Assembly: GCF_006345805.1 (NCBI RefSeq)
Contig: NC_042997.1
Span: 210,986,001 to 211,050,000, forward strand
Direction of reading: 5' to 3'
Length of the DNA: 64,000 nucleotides
DNA from: Octopus sinensis
Taxonomy: Eukaryota
Every line of letters starts with the position of its first letter. Within the stretch, counting starts at the first letter, position 1. The notes beneath the pieces were generated by a model. It made no database searches and had not been told where the DNA came from. It was given only the letters and a program-made list of their open reading frames with translations. Positions 34,801 through 47,789 of this stretch are shown here, piece by piece. The translations under genes were made by a program, and so were the position numbers.

Positions 34801-37089
34801 GATGCTCCTGTGGGTCAGTCAGCTTTCAAACACACTCCTTAATTATTAGTTTCATCATCATCATCATCGTTTAACGTTCGCTTTCCATGCTAGCATGGGT
34901 TGGACGGTTCGACCGGGGTCTGTGAAGCCAGAAGGCTGCACCAGGCCCAGTCTGATCTGGCAGTGTTTCTACAGCTGGATGCCCTTCCTAACGCCAACCA
35001 CTCTGTGAGTGTAGTGGGTGCTTTTTACGTCTAACCAGCACAGGTACCAGGGGAGGCTGGCAACGGCCACGATCGGTTGGTGCTTTTTATGTGCCACCGG
35101 CATGGAGGCCAGCTGAGGCAGCGCTGGCAACCGCCACGTTCGGATGGATCTTTTTATGTGCCACTGTCACTGGTATCACAACTACAATTTCCATTGATTT
35201 TTGATCGATTTCAATTTCACTTGCCTCAACAGGTCTTCGCAAGCAGAGTTTTGTGTCCCAAGTTTGGGTTTGAATTTTGTTTAGCATTTTGCATGTGTGT
35301 GTGTGTGAGACCTCATTAATACATCCACCTCCAGCATCACCTAGTAGTAGTGTTGTTGAATTATTTGGCATTTCTGACATGATGATGGTTTGTTCTTCCA
35401 ACGTTGACTTGGGTGGTGCTTCAAATGATGTGGAATATTTCTCTTTTGCAAACAAAGAGACGAAGCTGGGATTCCTAAAATTATCCTTCGGTAATCAATA
35501 AAGATAAGAGAGGTTTTTACAGCGAGAAGCGTTCGGGTTTGGTAAATTCTATCTCAACTATAAAAGAGTATCAAAGGAGAGGGTTGGCTGCAAATAGTGT
35601 TAAGGGTGGAGGTGACTGATAATTAAGAGCTTGATAATACCAATGGTATGTTAACGAAGACACTTCATTAGCAAAGTAAGAGATAATGAAGATTTATTAA
35701 CACCCTCGACAAGATGGTCTTATATCAATTACATCTTGTCTTAAGACACTTACACACCTCCTCTTATCTGTTAACATCTTCTTTAATATCAGTCTTAAAT
35801 ACACGAAGTCTTAACTAGATCTGCTTTAAGACTTCCAAATGGCTGGGAACCCAGCTGGTAAATTCCTGAAATAGATTAATTTTTAATATTTTTAGCGATA
35901 AAAAAGATTTTCTGTTACTCCTCCTTTTAAACTGTTAGTCAAGACTCGTCACTTATTGAGTTACTACACACATACACACACATGTCCTTCCTTCACATGC
36001 TGCACTAATGCCACATGTCCAATTATTGGTGCCACCAGAACAGGAGCTAGTTGGGATGGGTGGGTGGGTGAGTGGCTGGTATCAACCACATTTGAATGGT
36101 GGTTTTTATGTGCTACCAGCACTGGATCCATCGAGGGGCGGAGTCTGGTATCGACCACATTCAGATGGTGCTATCAACAACAGGGGAACACTAACTTTAG
36201 CTTTAGTTTTCTGAGGTGTTAAATTCAAATTATTGAAGTGTTAATACTCTCTAGAGAGAGCAGGGTGCTAGAAGAGAGAGAGAAAGAGAGAGAGAGATGG
36301 TTTCTACCACTGGATGCCCTTCCTAACACCAACCACTTTACATAGTGTAGTGGGTGCTTTTTATGTGGGACTAGCACCAAATATATCCATTTTAATATAA
36401 TGTTAATGTCCCATGGAGGTCTGGAATTTCATATTGACCCAGTCAGGATTAGAACTCAGTATCATCATTGTCAGAATAATGGTATTCTGTGTTCCAATCC
36501 AGATTCTTTGATCTCTGTTATCTATCATACTGACATTGATGTTAATACCAATTATTAATCCAATTTAATGTGGTTAAATTTGAAAAAATTTTTTGTTTTT
36601 TTAATGTAAAGATGAATTTGTTGTATCTTTCATCTTAAGCTTGCTTGCCAACCACTTGGTCCTGGGTTCAGTCCCACTTTAGGCACAACTTGGGCAAGTC
36701 TTCTACTATAGCCCCAGCTTGACCACTGCCTTGTCATTTGGTAGATGGAAACTGAAAGAAGTTTGTCATAACATCATCATCATCATTTTACATCCATTTT
36801 CCATACTGGCATGGGTTTGGATGGTTTAACTGAGGTCTGGAGAGCCAGCGACTGCACCAGGCTCCAGTCTTATCTGGCAATGTTTCTACAACTGGATGCC
36901 CTTTCTAACGCCAACCACTCCGAGAGTGTAGTAGGTCCTTTTTACATGCCTCTGGCATGGGAGCCAGTCAGGCGGGCCTGGCATTGATCACATTTGGTTA
37001 CTGCTTTTTACGTGCCACCAGTACGGGAAACAGTCAGGGGACACTGGCATCGACCATGTTCGGATAGGGGGCACTGGCCACAGCTGTGA

Positions 37090-37655
37090 ATTTGGTTTTA
37101 CTTGACTCAACAGGTCTTCTCAAGCATATCATATCACCCGATGCATCAAGGGTACTCTTAAATGGGTTAGACATGCAAAACTGGTATTGGCCATGGCTGT
37201 GATCTCACTTTAGTTGTTGAATCTTAATCACAGCATACTTCCAAAGGTCTCAATCTCCTGTCATTGCCTCAGTGAGGCCCAGTGTTCGAGGGTCCTGCTT
37301 CACCATCTCATTCCATGTCTTCCCTCTTCCACAGGTTCCATACACAGTTAGGGAGTGGCAATTCCTCACACAGCTGTCCTCATCCATACGTAACCCATGA
37401 CCATACCAGCGCAGTCATCTCTCTTGCTCACCACATTTGATGCTTCTTAGGTCCAACTTTTCTCTCAAGGTACTTACACTCCGTCAAGTATGAACACTGA
37501 CATTACACATCCATCAGATCATACTGGCTTCATTTCTTTCAAGCTTACGCATGTCCTCAGCAGTCATGGCCCGCTTTTCACTGCTGTGTAGCATGACAGT
37601 TCACGCACATGCCCCATACAGTCCACCTTTCATCCTGAGCGAGAGGCCCTTAGTC
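37090..37655 (-). mobile_element. Decayed RTE LINE 3' region
   Basis: LREKLDLRSI..QERLRWYGH..RMDEDSCV..GRGR..W. Runs into a family D tail. Confidence 0.65.
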
Positions 37656-38090
37656 TTGGTATCACATGATGATCATAACTAAATGTTACTGACATCCAAG
37701 TGATGTTGTTTGTTTGTTTCCAGTCTTCAATAAGGAAATACCTCCTTGCCTAGAAACAAATAAGCGTTAGCAGCAGAAAGGGCATCCAGCTATAGAAAAT
37801 CTGCCTTAGCAAATTCTGTCTGATCCCATGCAGGTGTGGAAAAGTGAAAGGTGAACAATGACGAAGATACTGGTTTTTTTTACCAAAACCTAAAATAACT
37901 CCATTCTAAAATTTGCAACTAAACAAACTGTGAACTAAGATACAATCCATTCTGTTTTCTAATTGTGAATTTTATGGATTTCACTGATTCTTTCAAATGT
38001 GTTCTTTCTACAAATGTTCTTCACACAAAAAGCCGGGTGCCTTAATTCAACCCAATCCCTGTGAAATGGCATAATTTTATCAACATTTTA

Positions 38091-38446
38091 TCACTGAGGC
38101 TCCGGCGTCTGGTGGCGGACTTGGTAAACACCCACAAGGTTATCAACCACCTCACCAACAACAACACTGAACACCTTTTTGATCTCCATATGTCTAACAC
38201 ACGTGGACATGCCTACAAAGTCAGAAAACAGCACAGCTCCCATGACTTTCGGAAACATTTTTTCACGCTCAGAGTTGCTGAAGCATGGAATAAACTGCCT
38301 GCGTCAGTTGTTGACTGCCATGACACTGCATCCTTTAAGGCCCTCATGCTTTCCGAAATCCGCCGAAACTACACCTGATTATATATACACTTTAGATGAG
38401 TTGTAGTGCACCTGAGCACTGTACACAATTATTATTATTATTATTA
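38091..38446 (+). mobile_element. CR1/L2-group LINE 3' end (subfamily b)
   Basis: LRLRRLVADL..RGHAYKVRKQHSSHDFRKHFFTLRVAEAWNKLP plus (ATT)n tail. Nearly identical to 63172-63460. Confidence 0.85.
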
Positions 38447-38693
38447 TATTATTATCATGTCTCCACACCTTAGAACCGATAAATACCACTTGTGATATGA
38501 TATTCTTCCTTTTGTAGAATGTTTCAAAAGTATTTCACTCAAAGCTCATCTTACCAACTTAAGAAGAAAAGTCCTTCTACGTGTTTGTCTTTGCAGAAGT
38601 TGCCGACACACAAACTGATTTGCTCCAGCATGGCCATAGCTTTGATAGCTAAAATAAAGTAGAGAATTGCAGATCTATTGAATTCCCCACCTA

Positions 38694-38741
<48 letters not shown>

Positions 38742-41700
38742 ACACCTGTTTCTTCTTCTGCAGTCTCTGTGTTACTCCAAACAACTAAAGGTGTGACTTG
38801 ATCTGTGTTTTAAATAATCAATATGGCTGCTGTAACAGCCTGCAACAACATCTGCTGCTTCAAAAAGATCAGGGTAAAAATATCTTACCAATGATGTAAA
38901 ATAATAAATAAATAATGATATAAAATAATTGCTTTATCTTTATAGAAAAAAGTTCAAACAATTATTTTTCCGGGAGTCTCAATTGTGAATAGAAATAAAA
39001 TGAACATTTTCATATTCGGTATGTGTGCACGAAACAACTCGTTAAGAAGAGATGTTATCTTCTGACACAAACCAAGTTATGTAAGAAATGTGTAGACATT
39101 ATAGAACTCTACTGGATGGAATCTTTCCTCCTATCTGCTGAATAAAATCTGTTCATAAAGTTCTTGCTTTTGGAAGTCTTTTAGCAATGTTGTGACGGTT
39201 GTTCATTTTGAACATGCATGCAAGTGTACGTGTGTGTGTGTGTCTGTCTGTCTTTTGATGACAACACTTAAATTACGGTGACATTTAACAATTAACACGT
39301 AATGTTCAGACAAGAAAATGAGAACACACACAACTTTACAGTGTGGGTGAATCGCAGTATTTGGTTAAATTAGATATACTTTGTGCAGCCCTTTCAGAAG
39401 TTTACGAAGTTTAGTTCATTAGTACTTAATTTGGTATCAAAAGGATTAGATTGGTTAATGGTTGAATGTATGGTTCCAGTCAGGTTATTCTTTGTGTTTT
39501 TTTTTATGTATCATTACCATTTACAGTTCTCTTCATATCTTAGACTAAATTTGTTGAAAGGTTATATTTATCGGTCGGCACCTATTGTCTTCCAAAATAC
39601 TATTTTCTCTCATTAATCTGCAGCCGTGGGGTTTGAGTTTATTGTAACAAATTTAGATTTCCACATTCATCTCAGACAAAAACCAAAATAAAGAACTCTT
39701 GTTGTTAGAATAAGCTGTTAGTTTCCTGTAGTTTTGCACTTTTGTTAAAAAAAAAAGTGAATAAAATTTTAGCAAAAATAATCGATAGGAATATTAATTC
39801 TGTTGATGGCACTATTTTTGTCATGTTTAAAAAATTAATATTCTGCTCTCCAAATATTTCCTGGATAGTGTTGTTAGGATTGCATGGAGACTCTGTCGGC
39901 GGACTTTCAGACTTGTCCAGTGTGAAGTTTCCATTTACAGAAGAATAGTGTGAGATAGGGTTCATCATCATCATCGTTTAACGTCCGCTTTCCATGCTGG
40001 CATGGGTTGGATGATTTTGCCTGAGGTCTGGCGAACCAGATGGCTGCACCAGGCTCCAATCTTGATCTGGCAGAGTTTCTACAGCTGGATGCCCTTCCTA
40101 ATGCCAACCTCTCCGAGAGTGTTGTGGGTGTTTTTACGTGCCACCGGCACGAGGGCCGAAGCTTCATCTTCTTACTTCTTCATCTCCATTAACTGGAACC
40201 CTTCATCATATGCAATGGGGAAGAATCAGAATCAAAACGATGACTTGCTCTCTTTTACGCGTTTCAGCCTTGCGGCTGCGGTCATTCTGGAGCACCATAT
40301 TAGTTCTTAATACATTCCAACAGATTCAAACACAAGTTTGCTAATTGCTTCTGGTTGACAGCACTCAACAATGTTCAAACATTGGCTGTCCCAGAATCCC
40401 TTGTGCCAATGAGTGGAATGTGTCATAAAGGAGAAGCTGTTCTCCTGTGACGAAATGCAACAGCAATTAGCATATTCACGTTTGAATCTGTCGGATTGTA
40501 TTAAGATGGAATATGCAAGTCATTGTAACTGAATTTCTTTATTGCCCATGGGGGGGGGGTGGAGGGCTAAACATAGAAGGGACAAACAAGGACAGACAAG
40601 GATTAAGCTGATTACATCGACCCTAGTGCATAACTGGTACTTATTTAATCGACTACGAAAGGATGAAAAGGCAGAGTTGGTCTCAGCGGAATTTGAACTC
40701 AGAATGTAATGGCAGACTGCTAAGCATTTCACCCAGCATGCTAACGGTTCTGCCAGTTCGTCGCCCTGTCGTAGTTAAATATTAATAAAACTAGAAAACT
40801 CACCTGCCTTTTATTAATATCATTACAAGACTCTTAATGTAAAAGTTTCATTAGAATATGAATGATGGCAGAGAGATTCCCGTTGGAACTGTCTAATCTA
40901 CCAGAATTAAAGATGTAATTACAGCGACAGGAGTCTTAATTGTAGAGAAAATTAATTGAATTTCATACAATTTAGTTGCTTTAATGTGTAAAGTGAGGTA
41001 AGACTTTGAGAAAAAGAGAACAGAGACACACAGACACGCTTTGTTTAGTACAAGTGTTGCGCTACTAAAGTTTGGATTGGTTCCTTTTTACTTGTTTCAT
41101 CTGTGGCCATGCTGGGGCATGTGAAAACTCTGCTTCATAATGTCAAGGGTTGCTATTTTAAGGAAATCCTGTTACAATTTTATATGAGAAAAATGTAATT
41201 ATTTAAAATACTAAACACTACTCAAAAAGATCCATACCCGACAGCAGAAGCGTTAAGGCCCCACATCCCCTGATGAAGAGGAATGGCCCACAAGAATCCT
41301 GTGCCAGTGCCACATAAAAGCACCCAGCACACACTGTAAAGTTGTGGCACGTTAGGAAGGGCGCCCAGCCGCAGAAACCATGCCACTCAACAACTGGTGT
41401 GTTTCTGTCCCCATAACTTAGCGGTTTGGCAAAAGAGCCTGATAGAATAAGTGCAGGCTTAAAAAATATTGCTACTGGGGTCCATTCATGGTGATGCTCC
41501 TACATGGCCACAGTTTAAGGACTGAAACAAGAGATATTTAAACAGGGAATGCTGATCCATTGCTGGGCTACCTTTCCAACCATTGTAGGATTGTCACCCA
41601 CATGCAGGTGAGTGGACTGACACAATGGCAAATGGAGTGTCTTGCTCAAGAACAAAAATGGAAGGGGCTAGTGGATTACATCGACTGTGAATGGATGAAA

Positions 41701-44537
41701 GGCAAAGTCGATCTCGACGGAATTTGAACTCAGAATGGAGCCACGGGTGAAATACTAAGCATTTCGTCCGGCACGCTAATGATTCTGTCAGCTCTGATGA
41801 TGATAATCCTTTCTACTATAGGCACAAGGCCTGGATTTTGTTGGGAGAGGGGGTGGGGACAGTCGATTAGATCGACCCCCAGTACTCAGCTGGTACTTGA
41901 TTTATCGACTGCGAATGGATGAAAGGCAAAGTCCACCTTGGCGGGATTTGAACTCAGAACGTAGCGGCTGACGAAATACCTATTTCTTTACTACCCACAA
42001 GGGGCTAAACACAGAGGGGACACACAAGGACAGACAAACGGATTAAGTCGATTATATCGATCCCAGTGTGTAACTGGTACTTAATTTATCGACCCCGAAA
42101 GGACGAAAGGCAGAGTCGACCTTGGCGGAATTTGAACCCAGAACGTAGCGGCAGACAAAATATCGCAAAGCATTTTGCCCGGCGTGCTAACGTTTCTGCC
42201 AGCTCGCCGCCTTATATAATAATAATAATAATAATAATAATGATGATTCCATATTTTTTTTTACATTGAGGTAGTTCATTGCTTGCTACTGTTAGCAACA
42301 CCATTAATATGCTGACAATTTCACTTGTGCTTGCTAATAAAACAGATTGGCAGGGAGCCCATCACAGGCGAAGCTGTACAGTTTGTTTTCTTTCTCAGGT
42401 TGTAAACATCCACACCTAAAAGTGTTTGGCTTGCTACTGCCGCCACCACTGCTGTTGCCGCTGCCACCACTACCACTGTTGCCGCTGCCACCACTACTCT
42501 ATTTCTCTGTTCCATCCATCTACCACCACCACCACTGACTTCGTTCTTGTTACTACACTAATGTAATGTTCAACGAGGTTTATTAGGCGAGTGAGCTGTC
42601 TATGTATACGTGTTTGTGAGAGAGAGAGAGAGAGTTGCTAGGTGTAGGAGTATGTGTGTATATATATATGTGTGTGTGTGTATGATGATGATGATGATTT
42701 GTTGACTGTGACTTAGACAAAAGCAGTATTTCGTATACAGTAACTCCTGATAGATTTCATGAAAGATAGCAATGGTTTCACAACAATAATATATATATAT
42801 ATATATATACAAAGTTATTGAGAGTCTAGTTTACAAACCCTGTCCATTATATAATAAACCAGTTGGAGCTAATGTTTCATCGTATTCATCTGGGATTCTC
42901 TCTCTCTCTCTCTCTCCCCCTCTATCACACTCACTCTTTTTCTTATCTCTCACACTATCTCAATCTCTCTGTCTTCTCACTCATTCTTTTCCTTATCTCT
43001 CTCTCTCTCTTATATCCCATTCATTCTTTCTCTTATCTCTCACTCTCTCTCTCTCTGTTTTCTCCCTCTATCTCTCTCTCTCTCTCTCTTATATATCGCT
43101 CATTCTTTCTCTTATCTCTCACACTATCTCACTCTCTCTGTCTTCTCACACTCTCTTTGTTTTCTCTCTCTCTCACCTCTATCTCTATCATCTCCTCTCT
43201 CTCTCTCATCTCTCTCTCTCTCTCTCTCTCTGCCATATTTAAACGTGTCATTCTATAGCATTGATGCTGGCATCAAAGAGATTGTCATGTGATGTTTATC
43301 ACAGATCAACCAAAATGTTTGAATCAGTGAAAACCTCCTTAACCCCCCACCCACCCCTCCACCCCGTTCAATAAAAACTCAACAAACAGATATTCACATT
43401 TCTGAAAGTCTTCTGTTGCTGTAATTCTTCGTGTTTACTCAAACTAATTGATGAAATAATGAAATCTCTCTCTAACCCCATTGAACTATAAACACTTCCA
43501 ACTGAATCAGTCGACTTCTTTTTCAATCTAATCTTGCCAACGGTGCTAAAATGCTATTTGGAATTTATTGATAGGAAATCGTTGAAAGCAGTTATTATTG
43601 TACTCTGGTTTATTTGAAAGAAATCCTAGAATTACTTGAACTGATCCACCTTTTGATGACGTTTCAAAAGTCAAAAGAACGGCCAGGAAATAAACCCCCT
43701 CCCCCATTTTCCACCCTTAATTATTGAATCGACAAACATTTACCCATGTTTGTTGTGGCTTAAAGTAAATCACTTAAAAACGTTTTTAACAATATGGCTT
43801 CCAATAATTTCGTTTCAATATTTCAATAGGTTTTTTTTTTTTTAAAGTAACTTTTGTTGCCAAATATTTAATATATAAGATAATGGTAAAGATATGGCAG
43901 TGTACCTTGTTGCCTGTACACCATGCAGAATATTGTCATTTAACAGGATATATATATATATATATATATATATTACGAATATAGGATGAAGTTTATTTTA
44001 CAGAAAAAACTTCATCCTATATTCGTAGTAGATTTATTACCATTCATTTAGGGTCTGGTAACCACTATAAGCTGTAGTATAGAACCGTTCACATGTGTGC
44101 TGAGGCTCACCAAAGAATTTTATAATTAGATATATCTGGGGTACTTATGTGTACTCATGATTTTTGCTTTTTTTTTCATGGGCGCATGTAAGTATTTCAT
44201 TTATTTCTATTCGTATTTTCTACTGAAGAGGAAAAAAATCTATTAATTCCGAAATTGATTCAATATAGAAATAACGAACTTTTTTTTAAAAAATTCTATC
44301 GGCTGGCTTTCCTCGATTTCAGCACAACGTATTTCTGTAGCGGGTATATAATAATATGTGGGAATTGACGATTTAAAAGTCTGTTATCAGCATATTGGCA
44401 TAGAAATAATTTTCTTTTGCCCTTGTTTATAAGTTTTATATATATATAGGGAGAGTTTACGAAAAAAAACAACAAAAGATGAAGACAGGTGGTGTACAAA
44501 ACAAACAGATGTATAAGTATAATGCTATATATAAAGA

Positions 44538-44888
44538 AATTGGAGGTGTTTCAAAATAAATGTTTATGAGAAATTTTGAAGGTCTAGAGGCCGAATATGA
44601 TCTCGAATAATGAACTACCATACACCATGGCTAATGTGAAACCAGTAATAGAAACTATTGAAGCAGCAAGGAGATGGAAATGGCTGGGTCGAGTTTGGCG
44701 CTATAAACTGAACTCAATTATCAGGATCGTTTTGCAATGGGTTCCACAAAATAAAAGAAGACGTGGTTGACCAAAGGAAGAACAATAACAAAAGACCTTA
44801 AAAGCAGAGGGTTAACAATGGAACAAGCTATCAATGGTCTTGCTCTCGCCTCAAGTGCCACAAGGCACAATGCGAACCGAATGAATGA
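44538..44888 (+). mobile_element. Decayed RTE LINE 3' end
   Basis: KLEVFQNKCL..ISNNEL..RRWKWLGRV..WVPQNKRRRG.PK, with (GAAT)n tail. Confidence 0.65.
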
Positions 44889-45258
44889 ATGGCTGTGTGG
44901 TAAGTAGCTTGCTAACCAACCACATAGTTCTGGGTTCAGTCCCACTGCGTGGCATCTTGGGCAAGTGTCTTCTGCTATAGCCCCGGGCCGACCAATGCCT
45001 TGTGAGTGGATTTGGTAGACAGAAACTGAAAGAAGCCTGTCGTATATATGTATATATATATATGTGTGTGTTTGTCCCCCAAGCATTGCTTGACAACTGA
45101 TGCTGGTGTGTTTACGTCCCCGTCACTTAGCAGTTCGGCAAAAGAGACCGATACAATAAGTACTGGGCTTACAAAGAATAAGTCCCGGGGTCGATCTGCT
45201 CGACTAAAGGCGGTGCTCCTGCATGGCCGCAGTCAAATGACTGAAACAAGTAAAAGAG
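44888..45258 (+). mobile_element. SINE family A
   Basis: Near full-length copy. Confidence 0.9.
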
Positions 45259-45443
45259 AGATAGCGATATACCGATCTGTAAAATTGTTCTGAAACTATT
45301 GATGAAAGGTGTGAAAAAAGTAAAAGTAGAAACCTTCAAAAAGTGGAAAATCATTGAAAACAAGGTTCCAAGACATTTTGTAAATGAAAGAAAGGTGAGA
45401 AGGAAAAAAAAGTTTTGAGACAACACAATCATGTTCCCCCTGA

Positions 45444-45910
45444 CATCATCATCATTGTTCGACCGTGGTCGAGACAATGGAATTTACCATGCTACGCCAG
45501 ACTTCACGGTCCATCATAGCATTATGGAGGTCCTGTTGCTGGATGCCTGTATCCCTGGAGATTACATCAGGGTAGGAGAGTGTGCACCCTCTGGTATTGC
45601 GAGTAGATGGCTTCCAGAGGAGAAGAGTAGAAATTACCTTGTTTTCAGCTCTACAACAATGTCCAGCAAACTGGACTCTCCTACCTTTCACAAGAGATGA
45701 CACAGGTGGTAGTTTCCCATATATTTGCATTTTGGTTGGATGACGCTTCCACGAGAGATTTTGAGCTCTCATAAGGAGGCGAGTGTAGGTTCCATCCAAC
45801 TGCCTCTCAAGCTTCTTTGATAACGTCCAGGTTTCTGAGCCATATAGTAGAATTGGTTCGACTGTGGCTTTGAAGATTTCAAGTTTGAAGTCTCTAACTT
45901 AGATTTGATG
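45444..45910 (-). mobile_element. RTE LINE 3' end, 5'-truncated
   Basis: KIFKATVEPILLYGSETWTLSKKLERQLDGTYTRLLMRAQNLSWKRH..RRVQFAGHC.RA..DREVWR, with (TGA)n tail. Second copy at 55431-55681. Confidence 0.9.
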
Positions 45911-46557
45911 ACTACTTAGATAGATGGAAACCCTGCTGACATGGGTTAAACAGTTTGACAGGATCCAATGGTGCCAGGACTGCAGAGTCTGTTTGAGGGC
46001 CTGTTTTTGCATGCTTTCTATACTTGGATGCCGTTAACAACAAACAAGATGAGGACAAATATCCGTCAAATGTAAATAATGTACGTAATTCCTCATCTCT
46101 TAAATATAGAACTGTAATAGCCATATTTACTTAACCCACTAACCTCTCCCTCTCTTTATGTATGTGTGTGTTCCTCTCTATCTTTTGTGTGTGTGTGTGT
46201 GTTTGTTTCTCTCCCTCTCTCTATCCCTCTTCCTCTTGCTCTCTATCTGCTTATTTCTCTCTTTGTATATGTCTGCAGAGGTGCATCAACCTCTATCTTT
46301 CCTTCCTTCCTTCATCTCTCTCTCTCTCTCAACTTCAAACTATTATTATTATTATTACCATTATTATTATTATTATTATTACTACTACTACTACTAAGTT
46401 ATTAGTACGCTGGACGGAATGCATTTTGAGTTCCTCCTTTTGAGGTTAATAAATTAAGTACCAATGAAAAACACTGTGGCTGATGTAATCAACCAGACCC
46501 CTCCCCACAAATATCAGGCCTCCTGCTTACATTAGAAAAGATTATTATTATTATTAG

Positions 46558-47075
46558 GGCAGTGAGCTGGCAGAATCATTAACACACCACACGAAATGCT
46601 TAGTGGTATTTCGCCTGTCTTTACATTCTGAGTTCAAATTCCGCCAATGTTGACTTTGCCTTTCATCCTTTCGGGGTCGATTAAATAAGTACCAGTTACG
46701 CACTAGGGACGATATAATCAACTTAATCCCTTTGTCTGTCCCTGTTTGTCCTCCCTGTGTGTTTAGCCCCTTGTGGGTAGTAAAGAAATAGGTATTTCGC
46801 CTGTCTTTACGTTCTGAGTTCAAATTCCGCCAATGTCGACTTTGCCTTTCATCCTTTCGGGGTGCGATAAATTAAGTACCAGTTACGCACTAGGGACGAT
46901 ATAATCAACTTAATCCGTTTGTCTGTCCTTGTTTGTTCTCCCTGTGTGTTTAGCCCCTTGTAGGTAGTAAAGAAATAGGTATTTCATCTGTCTTTGACAT
47001 CCTGAGTTCAAATTCCACCGAGGTCGACTTTGCCTTTCGTCCTTTCGGGGTCAATGTAATCGACTTAATCCCCTA
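46558..47075 (+). repeat. Tandem array of SINE family C body (186/187-bp units, about 2.5 copies after one head)
   Basis: Unit starts GG|TATTTCG at 46607, 46793 and 46980. Confidence 0.9.
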
Positions 47076-47702
47076 CCCTAAGCTGCCCTTGTGGTAAAAA
47101 TTTGAAGTCATCATCATCATCATCATTATTATTATTATTATTATTATTGAGTGAGAGAGCAGTGCATGCCATCAAAGTGACACTGGGGTAAAATATACGA
47201 AGCCCAATATACCCATCATGACTACCCATCTGATAAGGGTACACTAGGCACATGCATCACAACCATATGTGCGTGACATGGTGATCTCATATCAAGATAA
47301 ACAGCACATGACCTTGCAGGTGGGGCCCAGTTAGAATTTTGTTCTGGTCGAGTAGCCCATCCCGCTCAAAAGGTCCCTGAATAAGGGTTGTTAAGGATGT
47401 TGAATGAAACACCCCTGTTTCCAAAGGTGAATTATTCAAACCCCAAAGAATCCCTCTCAACACACGGCTATGATGCTCCCCCACTACTTCTGCTCGTGAT
47501 CAGAGATGCACATATCGTCAGCCACTAAGGGACATGCTCAACTGGTTAAGGTCCAACAACTGACAAGCAAATCTGTGGTATTGAGCAGAATATTTGCTGT
47601 AGCCCATCTTTTATACCAAGACAGAACAATGTACATGATAACACTTGCAATCAGTTAAGATCAGAAGCCACAAGACCCACTGCCTGGTACTGCATCAGGG
47701 CA

Positions 47703-47789
<87 letters not shown>

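Noticed and set aside
34782-34840. CTGACGAAGGC motif (and CTGATGAAGAG near 41272)
   Set aside because: No downstream GAAA with matching stems II, III and I could be built.
35330-35480. Minus-strand open stretch NPSFVSLFAKEKYSTSFEAPPKSTLEEQ.. with possible AG/GT ends
   Set aside because: No recognisable domain, weak donor, no partner exons identified.
39705-39974. Minus-strand 89-aa ORF
   Set aside because: The start comes from a (CAT)n SINE tail and the remainder has no domain signature.
46607-47075. Regularly spaced repeats as a CRISPR-like array
   Set aside because: The units are whole tandem SINE bodies with no unique spacers. Eukaryotic context, no cas genes.
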